Source: an uncultured Pseudomonadota bacterium (GTDB taxonomy: Bacteria > Vulcanimicrobiota > Vulcanimicrobiia > Eremiobacterales > Eremiobacteraceae). Taken from it: a stretch of 64,000 bases of DNA. Made by a program: the position numbers and the translations under genes. The notes beneath the pieces were generated by a model. That model searched no databases. It worked only from the letters and a program-made list of their open reading frames with translations, and was not told where the DNA came from. The stretch lies in NCBI GenBank assembly GCA_963736005.1, contig CAVTNB010000002.1, positions 37,444 through 101,443 on the forward strand, given 5' to 3'. Below are positions 18,813 to 29,015 of the stretch, piece by piece (the stretch's first letter is position 1; each line of letters begins with the position of its first letter).

Positions 18813-19478
18813 ATGGCTGGCTTGGCGAAAACCCTCCCCCTCGAACGCTCTTCAACCGCGGCAAAAGTTGCCGCCCTCCTGCGCCGGCGGATTACTGACG
18901 GTAAGATGAAGCCAGGGCAACGGCTCAACGAGCTCGCCTTGGCGGCCGAGCTCGGCGTGAGTCGCAGCCCAATCCGCGAGGCGCTCGCGCAACTCGCCGG
19001 CGAGGGACTCGTTCGCGTCTCACCGTACCGGGGCACGTTCGTCACCGAGTTGAGTCGCGAGCGTTTGCAGGACCTGTTGGAATTTCGCATTGCGCTCGAG
19101 CAGTTTGCCGTGCGCCGCGTCATCGAGCGCGCAACGCCTTCGCATTTTGCGCAGCTCGACACGCTGGTCGACCAGCTGCGCAAGCGTGCACGCGCTAATG
19201 ATTTTAGCGGCGCAGTCGACACCGATTTGCGCCTGCACGAACTGCTCATCGAACTCGCCGGCAGCGCGCTCCTGGAGCAAACATTCAAGGAGTTGCTCGG
19301 GGAGTTTCGGCTGTACATCGCGGCAACCAGCCGGCACTACAAAGGCATCAATGAGCTGGCAAGCGAGCACGACGCGCTGCTGAAGGCGCTTCGCGCCGGT
19401 CGCGTCGAGTCCGCACTTTCCCTTATTGCCGATCATATACGGCATGGCTTTGCTCCCGCTTTAAAGGAAATTCAATAA
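18813..19478 (+). CDS. GntR family transcriptional regulator (FadR/FCD subfamily)
   Basis: wHTH segment PGQRLNELALAAELGVSRSPIREALAQLAGEGLVRVSPYRGTFV plus a helical FCD-like C-terminal domain. Confidence 0.85.
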   Translation: MAGLAKTLPLERSSTAAKVAALLRRRITDGKMKPGQRLNELALAAELGVSRSPIREALAQLAGEGLVRVSPYRGTFVTELSRERLQDLLEFRIALEQFAVRRVIERATPSHFAQLDTLVDQLRKRARANDFSGAVDTDLRLHELLIELAGSALLEQTFKELLGEFRLYIAATSRHYKGINELASEHDALLKALRAGRVESALSLIADHIRHGFAPALKEIQ

Positions 19479-20806
19479 TGGTTACGACGCAACCGAAACC
19501 GCGCTCTGCGCACACCCGCTACGTCCTCACGCCTTGGTCTGCACAAGCAGCCCTGGATATGCCGACGATCGATCACGCGCAAGGCTGCTACCTCTATGAC
19601 ACAGACGGCAAGCCCTATCTCGATCTTTCGGCCGGTCTTGTCGCGGTCAACTTGGGGCACAATCATCCAACGGTTGTGCGCTCGATTGCCGAGCAGGCGG
19701 CAAAGCTGTGCTATGCTGCGCCTTCCTTCTTTAATGACACGCGGACGCATGTTGCCGAAGAACTATCGCGACTTGCCCCATGGAGCGAAGGCGCTCGCAC
19801 CTTCTTCACGACCGGCGGCGGCGAGGCAAATGAGGACGCGGTCAAAATGTCCAGGATGGTGAGCGGACGCCACAAAATCTTGGCGACCTACCGATCCTTT
19901 CACGGTTCTGCGCCTGGAGCTGGAACGCTCAGTGGAGAGAACCGGCGCTGGCCAAACGAACCAGGGATCCCAGGCGTCGTCCACTTTTTCGCACCCTTCC
20001 CCTATCGAAGCCCCTTTAACACAACCGACCCCGCGCAAGAAACACGCCGCGCGCTCGATCACCTCGAACTTGTGCTCACCTATGAAGACGCGTCGAAAGT
20101 TGCCGCGCTCATCATCGAGCCGGTGGTGGGATCAAACGGCGTCATCGTTTACCCGCCGGGCTATCTTGAAGGCGTACGCGAGCTTTGCACGCGACACAAC
20201 ATTTTGCTCATCTTCGACGAGGTCATGACCGGGTTCGGTCGCACAGGGGCACCCTTCGCCGCGCAACGCTTCGGCGTGACGCCGGACTTGATCACGATTG
20301 CCAAAGGCTGCACGTCCGCATACGTGCCCTTAGGGGGCGTCATGGTGCGCGAGCGCGTGGCTGCTTATTTTGACGACCACGTTCTGAGCTGCGGGCATAC
20401 CTATAGTGGACACCCCCTAGCAATGGGAGCGGCGCGCGGCGCCCTTCAAGCATATCGCGAAGGTGGATTGTTCGAACGAGGGCGCGAGATCGAGCGCTGG
20501 ATGAACGAGCTCTTGGGCTCCTTGCGCGATCAGGTGCCCCTTGTCGGTGACGTGCGCGGTCTGGGCGCGTTCTTTGCGATTGAACTTGTCAAGGATCGCT
20601 CCACTCGCGAACCGTTGATCGCGTGGCAGGGCCAAAGTCAGGGCATCATGCCCACGTTGCTCAAGTCGCTGCGCGACCGAGGCGTGTATGTGTTCGGCCG
20701 CTACAATGTCATGCTGATCACGCCACCGCTGACGATCTCCCGCGACGAGCTCGCCACCGGCGTTGGAGAAATAGCCAACGTTCTTCGTGAGGTGGCAAAG
20801 CCATGA
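19478..20806 (+). CDS. class-III (omega) aminotransferase, beta-alanine/omega-amino-acid--pyruvate type
   Basis: 442 aa. [14 protein letters not shown] and the PLP-lysine context [16 protein letters not shown]. Start overlaps the GntR stop. Confidence 0.85.
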   Translation: MVTTQPKPRSAHTRYVLTPWSAQAALDMPTIDHAQGCYLYDTDGKPYLDLSAGLVAVNLGHNHPTVVRSIAEQAAKLCYAAPSFFNDTRTHVAEELSRLAPWSEGARTFFTTGGGEANEDAVKMSRMVSGRHKILATYRSFHGSAPGAGTLSGENRRWPNEPGIPGVVHFFAPFPYRSPFNTTDPAQETRRALDHLELVLTYEDASKVAALIIEPVVGSNGVIVYPPGYLEGVRELCTRHNILLIFDEVMTGFGRTGAPFAAQRFGVTPDLITIAKGCTSAYVPLGGVMVRERVAAYFDDHVLSCGHTYSGHPLAMGAARGALQAYREGGLFERGREIERWMNELLGSLRDQVPLVGDVRGLGAFFAIELVKDRSTREPLIAWQGQSQGIMPTLLKSLRDRGVYVFGRYNVMLITPPLTISRDELATGVGEIANVLREVAKP

Positions 20807-22365
20807 ATCCGCGAACAGATGCAAGCGCGCTCACCCATGCGCACGAAGGGCGACTTGACAGTCGCCCGCTACAGGAAGTTGGACACTACATCGGCGGACG
20901 ACAAGTCAAGGGTGCCTCTGGCAACTTCGGCGACGTGTGGAATCCTGCATCCGGACAGCGCACTGCCCGCGTCGCCTTTGCATCGAGTGAGGAAGTTGCT
21001 GCAGCGGTTGCGTCCGCCAAGGCTGCTTTCCCATCGTGGGCCGAAACACCGCCACTGCGCAGAGCGGCTCTCTTGTTCAAGTTTCGCGATGCCCTGCTCG
21101 CCGATCGGGATCGCCTTGCCTCCATCATTACGGCCGAACACGGCAAGACGCTGGATGACGCCAAAGGCGAGCTCACGAGGGGAATCGAGGTTGTTGAATT
21201 CGCTTGCGGCATCCCGCAGCTGCTCAAGGGTGAGTTCACAGAGAATGTTGGTCGCAACATCGACGGCTTCACCGTGCGCCACCCGCTCGGTGTCTGCGCC
21301 GGCATCACACCGTTTAATTTCCCCGCGATGGTGCCCATGTGGATGTTCCCAATGGCCATCGCGTGCGGAAACACTTTTGTCCTCAAACCCAGCGAAAAGG
21401 ATCCGTCGCTCGCACTCGAGCTCGCGCGCATGTTGAACGAATGCGGCGCGCCTGATGGCATTCTCAACGTCGTCAATGGCTCGAAGGACGCGGTCACTGC
21501 CTTGCTCGATCACCCCGACGTCAAAGCGATAAGCTTCGTCGGCTCGACCCCCATTGCGCAGTACGTCTACACGCGCGGAACCGCCAGCGGCAAACGCGTG
21601 CAAGCGCTAGGCGGCGCAAAAAATCATCTGATCGTCATGCCGGATGCAGATCTCGAGCAAACTGCGGATGCAATCGTGGGCGCTGCGTATGGTTCCGCTG
21701 GCGAGCGCTGCATGGCGATCTCGGTCGTCGTTGCAGTCGGTGATGAGGTTGCGGACAGTATCGTCTCCCGCGTTCGAGAAAGACTTACGACATTGAACGT
21801 TGGCGATGGCACGCAATCGGGTGTCGACATGGGACCGCTGGTCACCCCGGAGCACCTGGATCGCGTGCGATCGTACATTGAGATTGGCGAGCAACGAAGG
21901 CGCTACAGTGGTGGTCGACGGCAGGCAGCATGCGTGCGCTCAGGGTCGCGAAGGATTTTTCTTAGGTCCAACGCTGCTCGATCGCGTCAGCCCAAGTATG
22001 CGGGTGTATCGCGAAGAGATCTTTGGCCCTGTCCTGTCGATCGTGCGAGCGAAGACTCCGCAGGAGGCACTTGACCTCGTCAACGCTCACGAGCTTGGTA
22101 ATGGCGTTGCGATTTTTACTCGCGATGGCGACACGGCCCGCTGGTTCAATCACACGTGCAAGCAGGCATGGTTGGCATCAACGTACCCATTCCGGTTCCC
22201 ATGGCGTTCCACAGCTTCGGCGGCTGGAAACGATCGCTCTTTGGGGATCATCACATCCATGGACCCGAGGGCGTCCGTTTCTACACGCGCTTGAAGTCGA
22301 CGACCGTAACGTGGCCTTCGTCCATCCGCGGCGGCTCCGACTTCGTCATGCCCACAATGAAATAG
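20803..22365 (+). pseudogene. mmsA: CoA-acylating methylmalonate/malonate-semialdehyde dehydrogenase, interrupted by two compensating frameshifts (about 21895 and about 22154)
   Basis: Three ORF-track pieces join into one ALDH. Piece 20803..22074 carries [31 protein letters not shown] and GERCMA. Piece 21800..22294, in another frame, carries [10 protein letters not shown]...[12 protein letters not shown]...[11 protein letters not shown]. Piece 22156..22365 returns to the first frame with [30 protein letters not shown]. Confidence 0.85.
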
Positions 22366-22366
22366 T

Positions 22367-22452
22367 GTAGGGGGCGATTGGCAAATCGCCCCATGCCCAT
22401 GTAGGGGGCGACTGTCAAGTCGCCCATGTAGCGGCGGACCTTTAGGTCCGCC
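22367..22452 (+). repeat. array of three same-orientation GTAG-headed palindromic (REP-like) elements
   Basis: GTAG + GGGGCGATT-GGCA-AATCGCCCC (22367-22392); GTAG + GGGCGACT-GTCA-AGTCGCCC (22401-22425); GTAG + GGCGGACC-TTTA-GGTCCGCC (22428-22452). Confidence 0.8.
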
Positions 22453-22464
22453 TTACGGAGTCCG

Positions 22465-24363
22465 ATGAACGATCGCGATCTTGGCATGCAGTGCCGCATC
22501 ACTCGTCGAGACTTTCTCGATGGGGTCGCCGCCAGCACGTTGGGTGCTGCAGCATTCGGCTTGCTCCCAGGCTGCTCGCATGCGGGAGGCGATCGGAATA
22601 CCCTAATATCCGCGTATCCACCATCCACCACCGGCTTGTGGGGACAAGACAACACAAGCTACGCCGTGATGCACAAACTTCGCGACGGACAATTCTGGCA
22701 GAATAGCGGTACGCCGCAGGCCTCGGGCGAGCACTTTGATGCTGTGATCGTGGGCGCGGGGTTGAGCGGACTCGCCTGCGCGTACTTCTACCGTCAGCAG
22801 CGACCGAACGCCAGGATCTTGCTGCTTGAGATTCGCGAGGACTTCGGCGGCCATGCCGGTCGTAACGAGTTTGTGGTCGGCGATCGCTTGCTGCTCAGCA
22901 ACGCTGGTACCCAGTCGATGGAAAGTCCCGCGGAGTATCTTCCCTCGGCAGCGCGACTCGTTCGAGAGCTTGGCATCGATGTCAATCGCTTTTACAAGTA
23001 TTTCGATCAAACTCGCTACGATGGCTTAACAACCGGTCTCTTTTTTAATAAGCAGACCTTCGGCAGAGATGTGTTGGTGGCTGGCGCGTATGCCAAACCT
23101 TGGGACGAGGTCTTCAGCGCTGCGCCGCTGCCGGACAAAGCGAAGCGGGATCTCATTCGCATCCATAGCGAGCGCATCGACTACTTGCCGCATCTCTCGA
23201 TCCAGCAAAAACTAGCGTACCTCAAGACCATCTCATACGCGAACTTCATTACCCAGCATGCACACTGCGATCCCGCCGTGCTGCCGTACCTGCAAGATCG
23301 TACGTACGATCTTTTCGGAACGGGAATCGAAGTGGTGGCCGCGTTTGACTGTTACGACAATGGCGACGATTATGGGCTTGAGTATCCCGGGTTCCTTGGC
23401 ATGGATCTCGGCCAAGGCCTGGGCACGTGGCGGCGCGCAAAGCCCCAACCATACATCTTCCACTTCCCAGATGGCAACGCGTCCATCGCGCGCCTGCTCG
23501 TTCGCTCTCTGATCCCTGAGTCAATGCCGGGTTCGACTATGGAGGATATCGTGCTCGCACGATGCGACTACTCCAAGCTCGACCTTGCGTCCAACCAAGT
23601 CCGCATCCGCCTCAACGCAACGACCGTGAAAGTTGTGCATCGCGGCAATCCCGCCACCGCGCGCCAGGTTGACGTCACCTACGCGAGTGGCGACCGCTTG
23701 ACCACGGTGTCGACTGAGCATTGCATTCTGGCGGGCTGGCACGTCGTCACGCGACTCATCGCTCCCGAACTGCCGGCTACGCAAAAAGCATCTCTCGAAT
23801 ATTGCGTCAAGGAGCCCTATGTCTACACGCACGTCGCATTGAACAATTGGCGCTCGTTCTTCAAACTTGGCATTCATCAGATTCTCGCGCCCACAAGCTA
23901 CCACTACTTCACGATGCTCGATTACCCGGTCGATATGGGCGGGTACCGGTCTTCAAAATCTCCCGATGAACCTATGATCCTCTTCATGCTGCGCTGCCCA
24001 ACCAAACGCGGATTGCCGCCGCGCGACCAGTATCGGGCTGGACGCTGGGAACTCTTTCGAACGTCTTTTGCAACGATCGAACGCAATATCAGAGCGCAGC
24101 TTGCGACGATGCTCTCTGGCGCGGGTTTCGATCCGGCACGCGACATCGCTGGCATTACCGTCAACCGCTGGTCGCACGGGTACGCCTACGAATACGACAA
24201 GTCACTGTGGGAACACGCCCCAGTTGGCCAACGGCCGTGCGATTTCGCGAAGAAGCCGCTCGGACGCATTGCGATTGCCAATTCCGATTCCAGCGGCGCC
24301 GCATACACAGACACCGCGATCGACGAGGGCTATCGGGCGGTCAACGAGGTGTTGCGCTCGTAG
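22465..24363 (+). CDS. Tat-exported NAD(P)/FAD-dependent oxidoreductase, spermidine dehydrogenase (SpdH)-like
   Basis: 632 aa. Twin-arginine signal ITRRDFLDGVAASTLGAAAF, dinucleotide fold FDAVIVGAGLSGLACAYFY...LLLEIREDFGGHAGRNEF. Size and architecture resemble SpdH-type enzymes (from memory). Confidence 0.65.
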   Translation: MNDRDLGMQCRITRRDFLDGVAASTLGAAAFGLLPGCSHAGGDRNTLISAYPPSTTGLWGQDNTSYAVMHKLRDGQFWQNSGTPQASGEHFDAVIVGAGLSGLACAYFYRQQRPNARILLLEIREDFGGHAGRNEFVVGDRLLLSNAGTQSMESPAEYLPSAARLVRELGIDVNRFYKYFDQTRYDGLTTGLFFNKQTFGRDVLVAGAYAKPWDEVFSAAPLPDKAKRDLIRIHSERIDYLPHLSIQQKLAYLKTISYANFITQHAHCDPAVLPYLQDRTYDLFGTGIEVVAAFDCYDNGDDYGLEYPGFLGMDLGQGLGTWRRAKPQPYIFHFPDGNASIARLLVRSLIPESMPGSTMEDIVLARCDYSKLDLASNQVRIRLNATTVKVVHRGNPATARQVDVTYASGDRLTTVSTEHCILAGWHVVTRLIAPELPATQKASLEYCVKEPYVYTHVALNNWRSFFKLGIHQILAPTSYHYFTMLDYPVDMGGYRSSKSPDEPMILFMLRCPTKRGLPPRDQYRAGRWELFRTSFATIERNIRAQLATMLSGAGFDPARDIAGITVNRWSHGYAYEYDKSLWEHAPVGQRPCDFAKKPLGRIAIANSDSSGAAYTDTAIDEGYRAVNEVLRS

Positions 24364-24778
24364 GCGTGGTCGTTCCAACCAATTGCATGGATTGAAGTTG
24401 TATCATTGTGGTGTTCTTGATGCTGATAATCGTCACTTGTTTCTGATCGGATTTGTCGAAGAACTGAAACGCTACGTCTTTCGCAAAGCCCATCGGAATC
24501 ACCATACGTCGCGCAGTTTTTGGTAAACGCTGGGCGTAGAAGTTGACGACGCGATCCATATCGTCGTTCGTTATAAGGCTGACGGAGAGCGAATGGACGT
24601 GCGCGGATGCGATTCCCTGGTCGATTTGCGCTGCGTTTTCCGCCCTCGCACCTGGATAGACAGGCAGGCCAATCTGCTCAAGTACTTGATGCGTTGGCCG
24701 AACAGGGTTCGCGTGCATCGAGCACCCAGCCACCGCCAACACGAACACCCCTGCAAGCCCTTGTAGTATTCGACTCAC
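24341..24778 (-). CDS. hypothetical lipoprotein
   Basis: Lipobox LAVAGC. GTG at 24778 overlaps the upstream stop as GTGA; the maximal ORF extends to 24814. Confidence 0.5.
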   Translation of the reverse strand: MSRILQGLAGVFVLAVAGCSMHANPVRPTHQVLEQIGLPVYPGARAENAAQIDQGIASAHVHSLSVSLITNDDMDRVVNFYAQRLPKTARRMVIPMGFAKDVAFQFFDKSDQKQVTIISIKNTTMIQLQSMQLVGTTTPTSATPR

Positions 24779-25509
24779 CGGATTCTTGGAATCTTGATCG
24801 TCTGACCGTCGCACTGCTTATAGATGTAGCCGATGACTTTGCCGCTTGCATCGCGATAAAAAGTACCGACGCCCAGGTCATCTGATTGCTCGGTCTCTTC
24901 CGGCCCGACAAAGTAAAGCGGATCGGGTGGCCCGTCGAGAGCGGAATACAACACTCGCCCACGCACCGTCATATATTCTTCCATGCCCGGCGCCCACTGA
25001 TAGGTACCAACGTATTGTTCGAGATTCTTCGGAAATTCGATGGGGCGGGCATAGTTGATCTGAAGCGGAGTCACCTGCGCGCGGATCGCCACCCACCGTC
25101 CGTCTTCTTTCGCGAAAATCTCGGTTCGTTCGTAGCTATAAATCACTTTGCCACCCGGAAAGTAGTCGGTCTCTCCCTGCTTTCCGGTAACGATCGCCAC
25201 ACCGGCGACGAACTGGACTGTCGGCGATGAAATCCAATTAGCTGTGGCGGGAACAGGACGATGCGCCGGGGGAAGGTTTGCAGCTTTCCCGCTCACCAGG
25301 CCGTCATCGCTAATGCGTTCATACGTAGCAGACGTGTCGCGGCTCCACGTCACCTTGTCGCTAGCGTTAAAGGCCACGAAGCGTTCGCGGCTCACGTCCA
25401 AGACGGCCTGCGTCTCGTCGGTCGCTGCGACGACGGGCGCCAGCGCCGCGTGATTCCAACCGAGGACAAAAAGAGAAATCGCAATAGTCGGCCATGCAAA
25501 GTTGCGCAT
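24775..25509 (-). CDS. secreted protein with SnoaL/DUF4440-like domain and DUF3471-like C-terminal domain
   Basis: Signal peptide MRNFAWPTIAISLFVLGWNHAALA. ...ERTEIFAKEDGRWVAIRAQVTPL is an NTF2-like ending. The C-terminal YVGTYQWAPG...FYRDASGKVIGYIY pattern is DUF3471-like. Confidence 0.5.
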   Translation of the reverse strand: MRNFAWPTIAISLFVLGWNHAALAPVVAATDETQAVLDVSRERFVAFNASDKVTWSRDTSATYERISDDGLVSGKAANLPPAHRPVPATANWISSPTVQFVAGVAIVTGKQGETDYFPGGKVIYSYERTEIFAKEDGRWVAIRAQVTPLQINYARPIEFPKNLEQYVGTYQWAPGMEEYMTVRGRVLYSALDGPPDPLYFVGPEETEQSDDLGVGTFYRDASGKVIGYIYKQCDGQTIKIPRIR

Positions 25510-25542
25510 GCGAAACCTCCATCGGCGCTTCTTGGACGGGGT

Positions 25543-27120
25543 CTAGATGGACGTTCTGGCCACGCTCCGCAAGTCCCTTATGCGCAATTCCTTCATCTGC
25601 GTATCCAACCCCAAGTTCACTTCCACTTGGGCGAGCGGCAGCACTTCGATGCGGTTGGGCACAATCTCGATCGCTGCCAGCAAACGCGACGAGATCTGCT
25701 GCTTGACGCCATCGGCGTCAACGCCGGGTCGCAACGCAATATAGAGCAGAAGCTCGTCAAGATCATTTGGGTCGTCGTTGTGCTTCTTCACCACTAACTG
25801 CCATTCGATCACCTCGTTCGTCTGCGCCATGATTGGTAAGAACTCGTTGAGATCGACGAGCGTACCCCGTATTTTTGTGAGGCGGAATTCGCCGACGTCC
25901 GAGCGCCGCGAAATAACGCTCGAGATACGCGGCACGATTCTTCCACAGCCCGGACACGGATCATACACGATTCCTCCATCAGCGATGTCGCCCGTTCGAT
26001 AACGAAGCACGCACGAACCCCGGCCGCTCAAGCTCGAGTACACGATCTCACCGCGCTCGCCGGGAGCAACCGGTTCCCCAGAGTCTGGATTGATGATTTC
26101 GAAAACGTCAAATTCGGGATACGTGTGGTAGCCGTACGACATCTCCGGGCTCGGCGGCGTGCACTCAGCCCATGCGTGCCGAGCTTCGGTAAACCCATAC
26201 ACGCCGTGCACGACGACATCTTTAGCGCCCATGAGATCGCACAGTGCGATGAGCCGGGCCTTGAGCGCGGAAGGCACTCGTTCTGCTCCGAGCGCAATGA
26301 ATCGCAGCTCCTTCAGTTGCATACCCTGCTCGTACGCCTGACGCAACATGTGGTAGACGTAGCCCGGCACGCCGATCAGCATCGCCGGCTGCAACCGTTC
26401 CAGCGCCGCGATGTTCCCCGCCGTGCCCATGACTTTGCCACCGCCCGTATGCACGATAAGCATCGTCATCGCTTGCCCAACAGCAAACGTTTGCCAAAAT
26501 GCGAGGTGCGGCGCGAAGGGAAAGACGTTGAGCCCTCGATCCCCGGGTTTGATCCCACACAATTCAATGAGGCGCTTGCCAACGATGTGCAAGCGCTCGA
26601 AGTCCATCGATGCGTAAAGAAACTGGGTCGCAAGCGACGTGCGTCCGGTCGTGAAAGTCACGTGCACCGGAGAATATTCAAGCTCCAGCCTGCGCTTCAC
26701 CGCCTCGCGGCCACGAGCTAACCTCTCGAGGAGAAGCTTGACAGCGACCTGCCGCGGCGCGAAATGACGGATTGCCTCTTCGCTTGGCTGCAGAACGAAA
26801 TCGAGTGGGCGTTGCGGGTTTTCCGGTGTGGGTGCAACGTCGTGTTTGGTCGTAAAGGGCAGATGCCGCAAGTCTCCCACGCTGCGAATCGAGCTCGGCC
26901 TAATTCGATGTTGATCGAAAAGCTTGCGATAGAACGGGCTAAATGGGTAGAGCTGCTCGGTAATAAACCGGTGCAGTAACACATCGCGTTCGGCTTGCCA
27001 GTCTCGCCATGGACGTGTCGGGCGCCACTGCGGTGTGGCGCGCAGATTCTCGAGCACGCGTTGGTATTGTGCGCACCGCTCGGCACGCCCTGGGTAGGAG
27101 CGCGGCGAGCTCGCGCGCAA
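25543..27120 (-). CDS. phenylacetate-CoA ligase / coenzyme F390 synthetase family adenylate-forming enzyme
   Basis: 525-aa maximal ORF. FTTKHDV, TTGRTS, GY..TE and RYRTGDIA motifs of the PaaK/F390-synthetase clade. The start may be internal. Confidence 0.7.
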   Translation of the reverse strand: MRASSPRSYPGRAERCAQYQRVLENLRATPQWRPTRPWRDWQAERDVLLHRFITEQLYPFSPFYRKLFDQHRIRPSSIRSVGDLRHLPFTTKHDVAPTPENPQRPLDFVLQPSEEAIRHFAPRQVAVKLLLERLARGREAVKRRLELEYSPVHVTFTTGRTSLATQFLYASMDFERLHIVGKRLIELCGIKPGDRGLNVFPFAPHLAFWQTFAVGQAMTMLIVHTGGGKVMGTAGNIAALERLQPAMLIGVPGYVYHMLRQAYEQGMQLKELRFIALGAERVPSALKARLIALCDLMGAKDVVVHGVYGFTEARHAWAECTPPSPEMSYGYHTYPEFDVFEIINPDSGEPVAPGERGEIVYSSLSGRGSCVLRYRTGDIADGGIVYDPCPGCGRIVPRISSVISRRSDVGEFRLTKIRGTLVDLNEFLPIMAQTNEVIEWQLVVKKHNDDPNDLDELLLYIALRPGVDADGVKQQISSRLLAAIEIVPNRIEVLPLAQVEVNLGLDTQMKELRIRDLRSVARTSI

Positions 27121-27146
27121 GGGACGACAACCGCCTTGAGGAGGTC

Positions 27147-28325
27147 ATGTCGATGACGACCGTCGCTGCCGCACCTGAAGCATTGAATTTCGAACTTCCC
27201 GAAGATCTCAAACTGCTCAAACGCTCGCTCCGTGAGTTTGTCGAAAAAGAACTGTGGCCACTCACAGATCAAGTTGAAGAGTCAGATGAGATTCCGAAAA
27301 CCGCCATCGACAAAATGCGGGAGATGGGACTCTTTGGCTTGCCCTTTGCCGAAGAATATGGCGGCGCGGGCATCGGCGAGCTAGGCTATTGCGTGGCCCT
27401 TGAAGAGTTCGGTCGCGCCAGCGCGGCATTCTCGAATCTTCTCGGTGCGCATTGCAGCATCGGCGCCATGGCCGTGCACCTGGATGGCAGCAAGGAGCTC
27501 AAAGCTCGTTACATGCCCAAGCTCTGCACCGGCGAGAAGCTTGCGTGTTTTGCGCTTTCCGAACCGGGCGCCGGATCTGATGCAGCAAATATTACGACCT
27601 CGGCAAAGCGCGATGGGGACAGCTACGTTCTCAATGGCGTCAAACATTTTATTACGAGCGGTGATATCGCGGATTTCGCGAGCGTCTTCGCGGTGACCGA
27701 TCCGGCGCTGGGTACTCGCGGGGGCATCACCGCATTGTGGGTCGACCTCAATGCGCCGGGCGTGACGCGTGGACCCAAAGACCGCAAGATGGGCCTGTAT
27801 GGCAGCCACACCTGCGAACTCATTTTCCAAGACGCCAAAGTGCCAGCTGACCACGTCATTGGAAAAGTCGGCACGGGCTTTGTCACCGCAATGAAGACGT
27901 TGGATATGGGCCGTTTGTCATTGGGAGCAGGCTGCGTCGGCAGTTCGCAGTTCATGCTCGACAAGTCGATCGCGTATGCAAAAGAACGGGTTCAGTTCGG
28001 CAAGCCGATCGCCAAGCAGCAAGCAGTGCAGTTCATGCTCGCCGACATGGCGACGGAGATCTTCGCTGCGCGTAATATGGTCTACCATGGCGCATGGAAG
28101 GCGGACCGAGGCGAGCGTTTCAGCATGGAGGCCGCCATGGCCAAGCGGTACTGCTCGGATATGGCTATCCACGTTGTTGACCGGACGCTGCAGATTCACG
28201 GCGGCAGCGGATTCATGAAGGAAACCGGTATCGAGCGAGTCTACCGCGATTCGCGCATTCTCGCCATTTACGAGGGGACGAACGAAATCCAGCGCATGAT
28301 CATCGCCGAAGAGTTGTTAAAGTAG
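27147..28325 (+). CDS. acyl-CoA dehydrogenase
   Basis: ATG 27147 preceded by GAGGAGG. ACAD motifs FALSEPGAGSDA and YEGTNEIQRMIIA. Confidence 0.9.
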   Translation: MSMTTVAAAPEALNFELPEDLKLLKRSLREFVEKELWPLTDQVEESDEIPKTAIDKMREMGLFGLPFAEEYGGAGIGELGYCVALEEFGRASAAFSNLLGAHCSIGAMAVHLDGSKELKARYMPKLCTGEKLACFALSEPGAGSDAANITTSAKRDGDSYVLNGVKHFITSGDIADFASVFAVTDPALGTRGGITALWVDLNAPGVTRGPKDRKMGLYGSHTCELIFQDAKVPADHVIGKVGTGFVTAMKTLDMGRLSLGAGCVGSSQFMLDKSIAYAKERVQFGKPIAKQQAVQFMLADMATEIFAARNMVYHGAWKADRGERFSMEAAMAKRYCSDMAIHVVDRTLQIHGGSGFMKETGIERVYRDSRILAIYEGTNEIQRMIIAEELLK

Positions 28326-28326
28326 A

Positions 28327-28584
28327 TTATTTGGCGGCGGGAGCGAGGACGGTGATTGCGATCAGGCCGCCGACAATCGATACCGTGAAGATCACAAGGA
28401 ATGCCCAGACAAAGACGCGGTACATTGCGTCCTTTTGCCGTTTCGTCATACGACGCAGGCCACTGCTCCACGACTTGCCCTTGGACGTCGGACGTTGCTT
28501 GCCTGACGGTGTGCGACCATTGCTCGGCTTGACGACGGTGCTTTTCACTTTTTCCTCTTGCGCGGACTTGTGGGTTTTGCCCAC
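28327..28584 (-). CDS. small hypothetical membrane protein (Lys-rich N-terminus, single C-terminal TM)
   Basis: 85-aa ORF ending in VFVWAFLVIFTVSIVGGLIAITVL. A shorter 40-aa form starting at the ATG near 28449 is possible. Confidence 0.35.
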   Translation of the reverse strand: MGKTHKSAQEEKVKSTVVKPSNGRTPSGKQRPTSKGKSWSSGLRRMTKRQKDAMYRVFVWAFLVIFTVSIVGGLIAITVLAPAAK

Positions 28585-29015
28585 AGCCGCTCCAAATTGT
28601 AGAATTCGCGCGCGGCTGGCGTGAAGACATGAACGATCACCGAACCGTAGTCAACCAATATCCAATTCCCGTCGTTATACCCTTCCGTTCGAACGGGTGC
28701 TCCATACTTCATTTCTGATGCTTCCACGACGCTGTCAGCAATGGCGCGTACTTGAATCACCGAGCGTCCCGTAGCGAGGACGAAATAATCCGCAAAGTTC
28801 GCACGACCACGAATATCGATCAGCGCCACATTCTCAGCCTTTTTCTCGATTGCAGCCTCGCGGCAGCGTTGGGCCAGATCGTTGACTTCCCGGTCAGTCA
28901 GGAGTGTCACGTGCTCGCGCGTGGACGCGATGCCATTGCTTCGTAATGGCGTTACGGCGAGCGAGAGCGCTTTGCGACCCGTTGCCGGCTCGCGCTTTTT
29001 AGGTGCGCGCTTCAC
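28545..29015 (-). CDS. rsfS: ribosome silencing factor RsfS (with basic N-terminal extension)
   Basis: NVALIDIRGRANFADYFVLATGRS...WILVDYGSVIVHVFTPAAREFYNLERLW. Confidence 0.85.
   Translation of the reverse strand: MKRAPKKREPATGRKALSLAVTPLRSNGIASTREHVTLLTDREVNDLAQRCREAAIEKKAENVALIDIRGRANFADYFVLATGRSVIQVRAIADSVVEASEMKYGAPVRTEGYNDGNWILVDYGSVIVHVFTPAAREFYNLERLWAKPTSPRKRKK

Noticed and set aside
22367-22452. GTAG-palindrome clusters as a possible mini CRISPR array.
   Set aside because: The repeats differ from each other and the intervening sequences are only 2-8 nt, with no regular repeat-spacer periodicity. Copies are dispersed singly after genes, and no cas genes are present.
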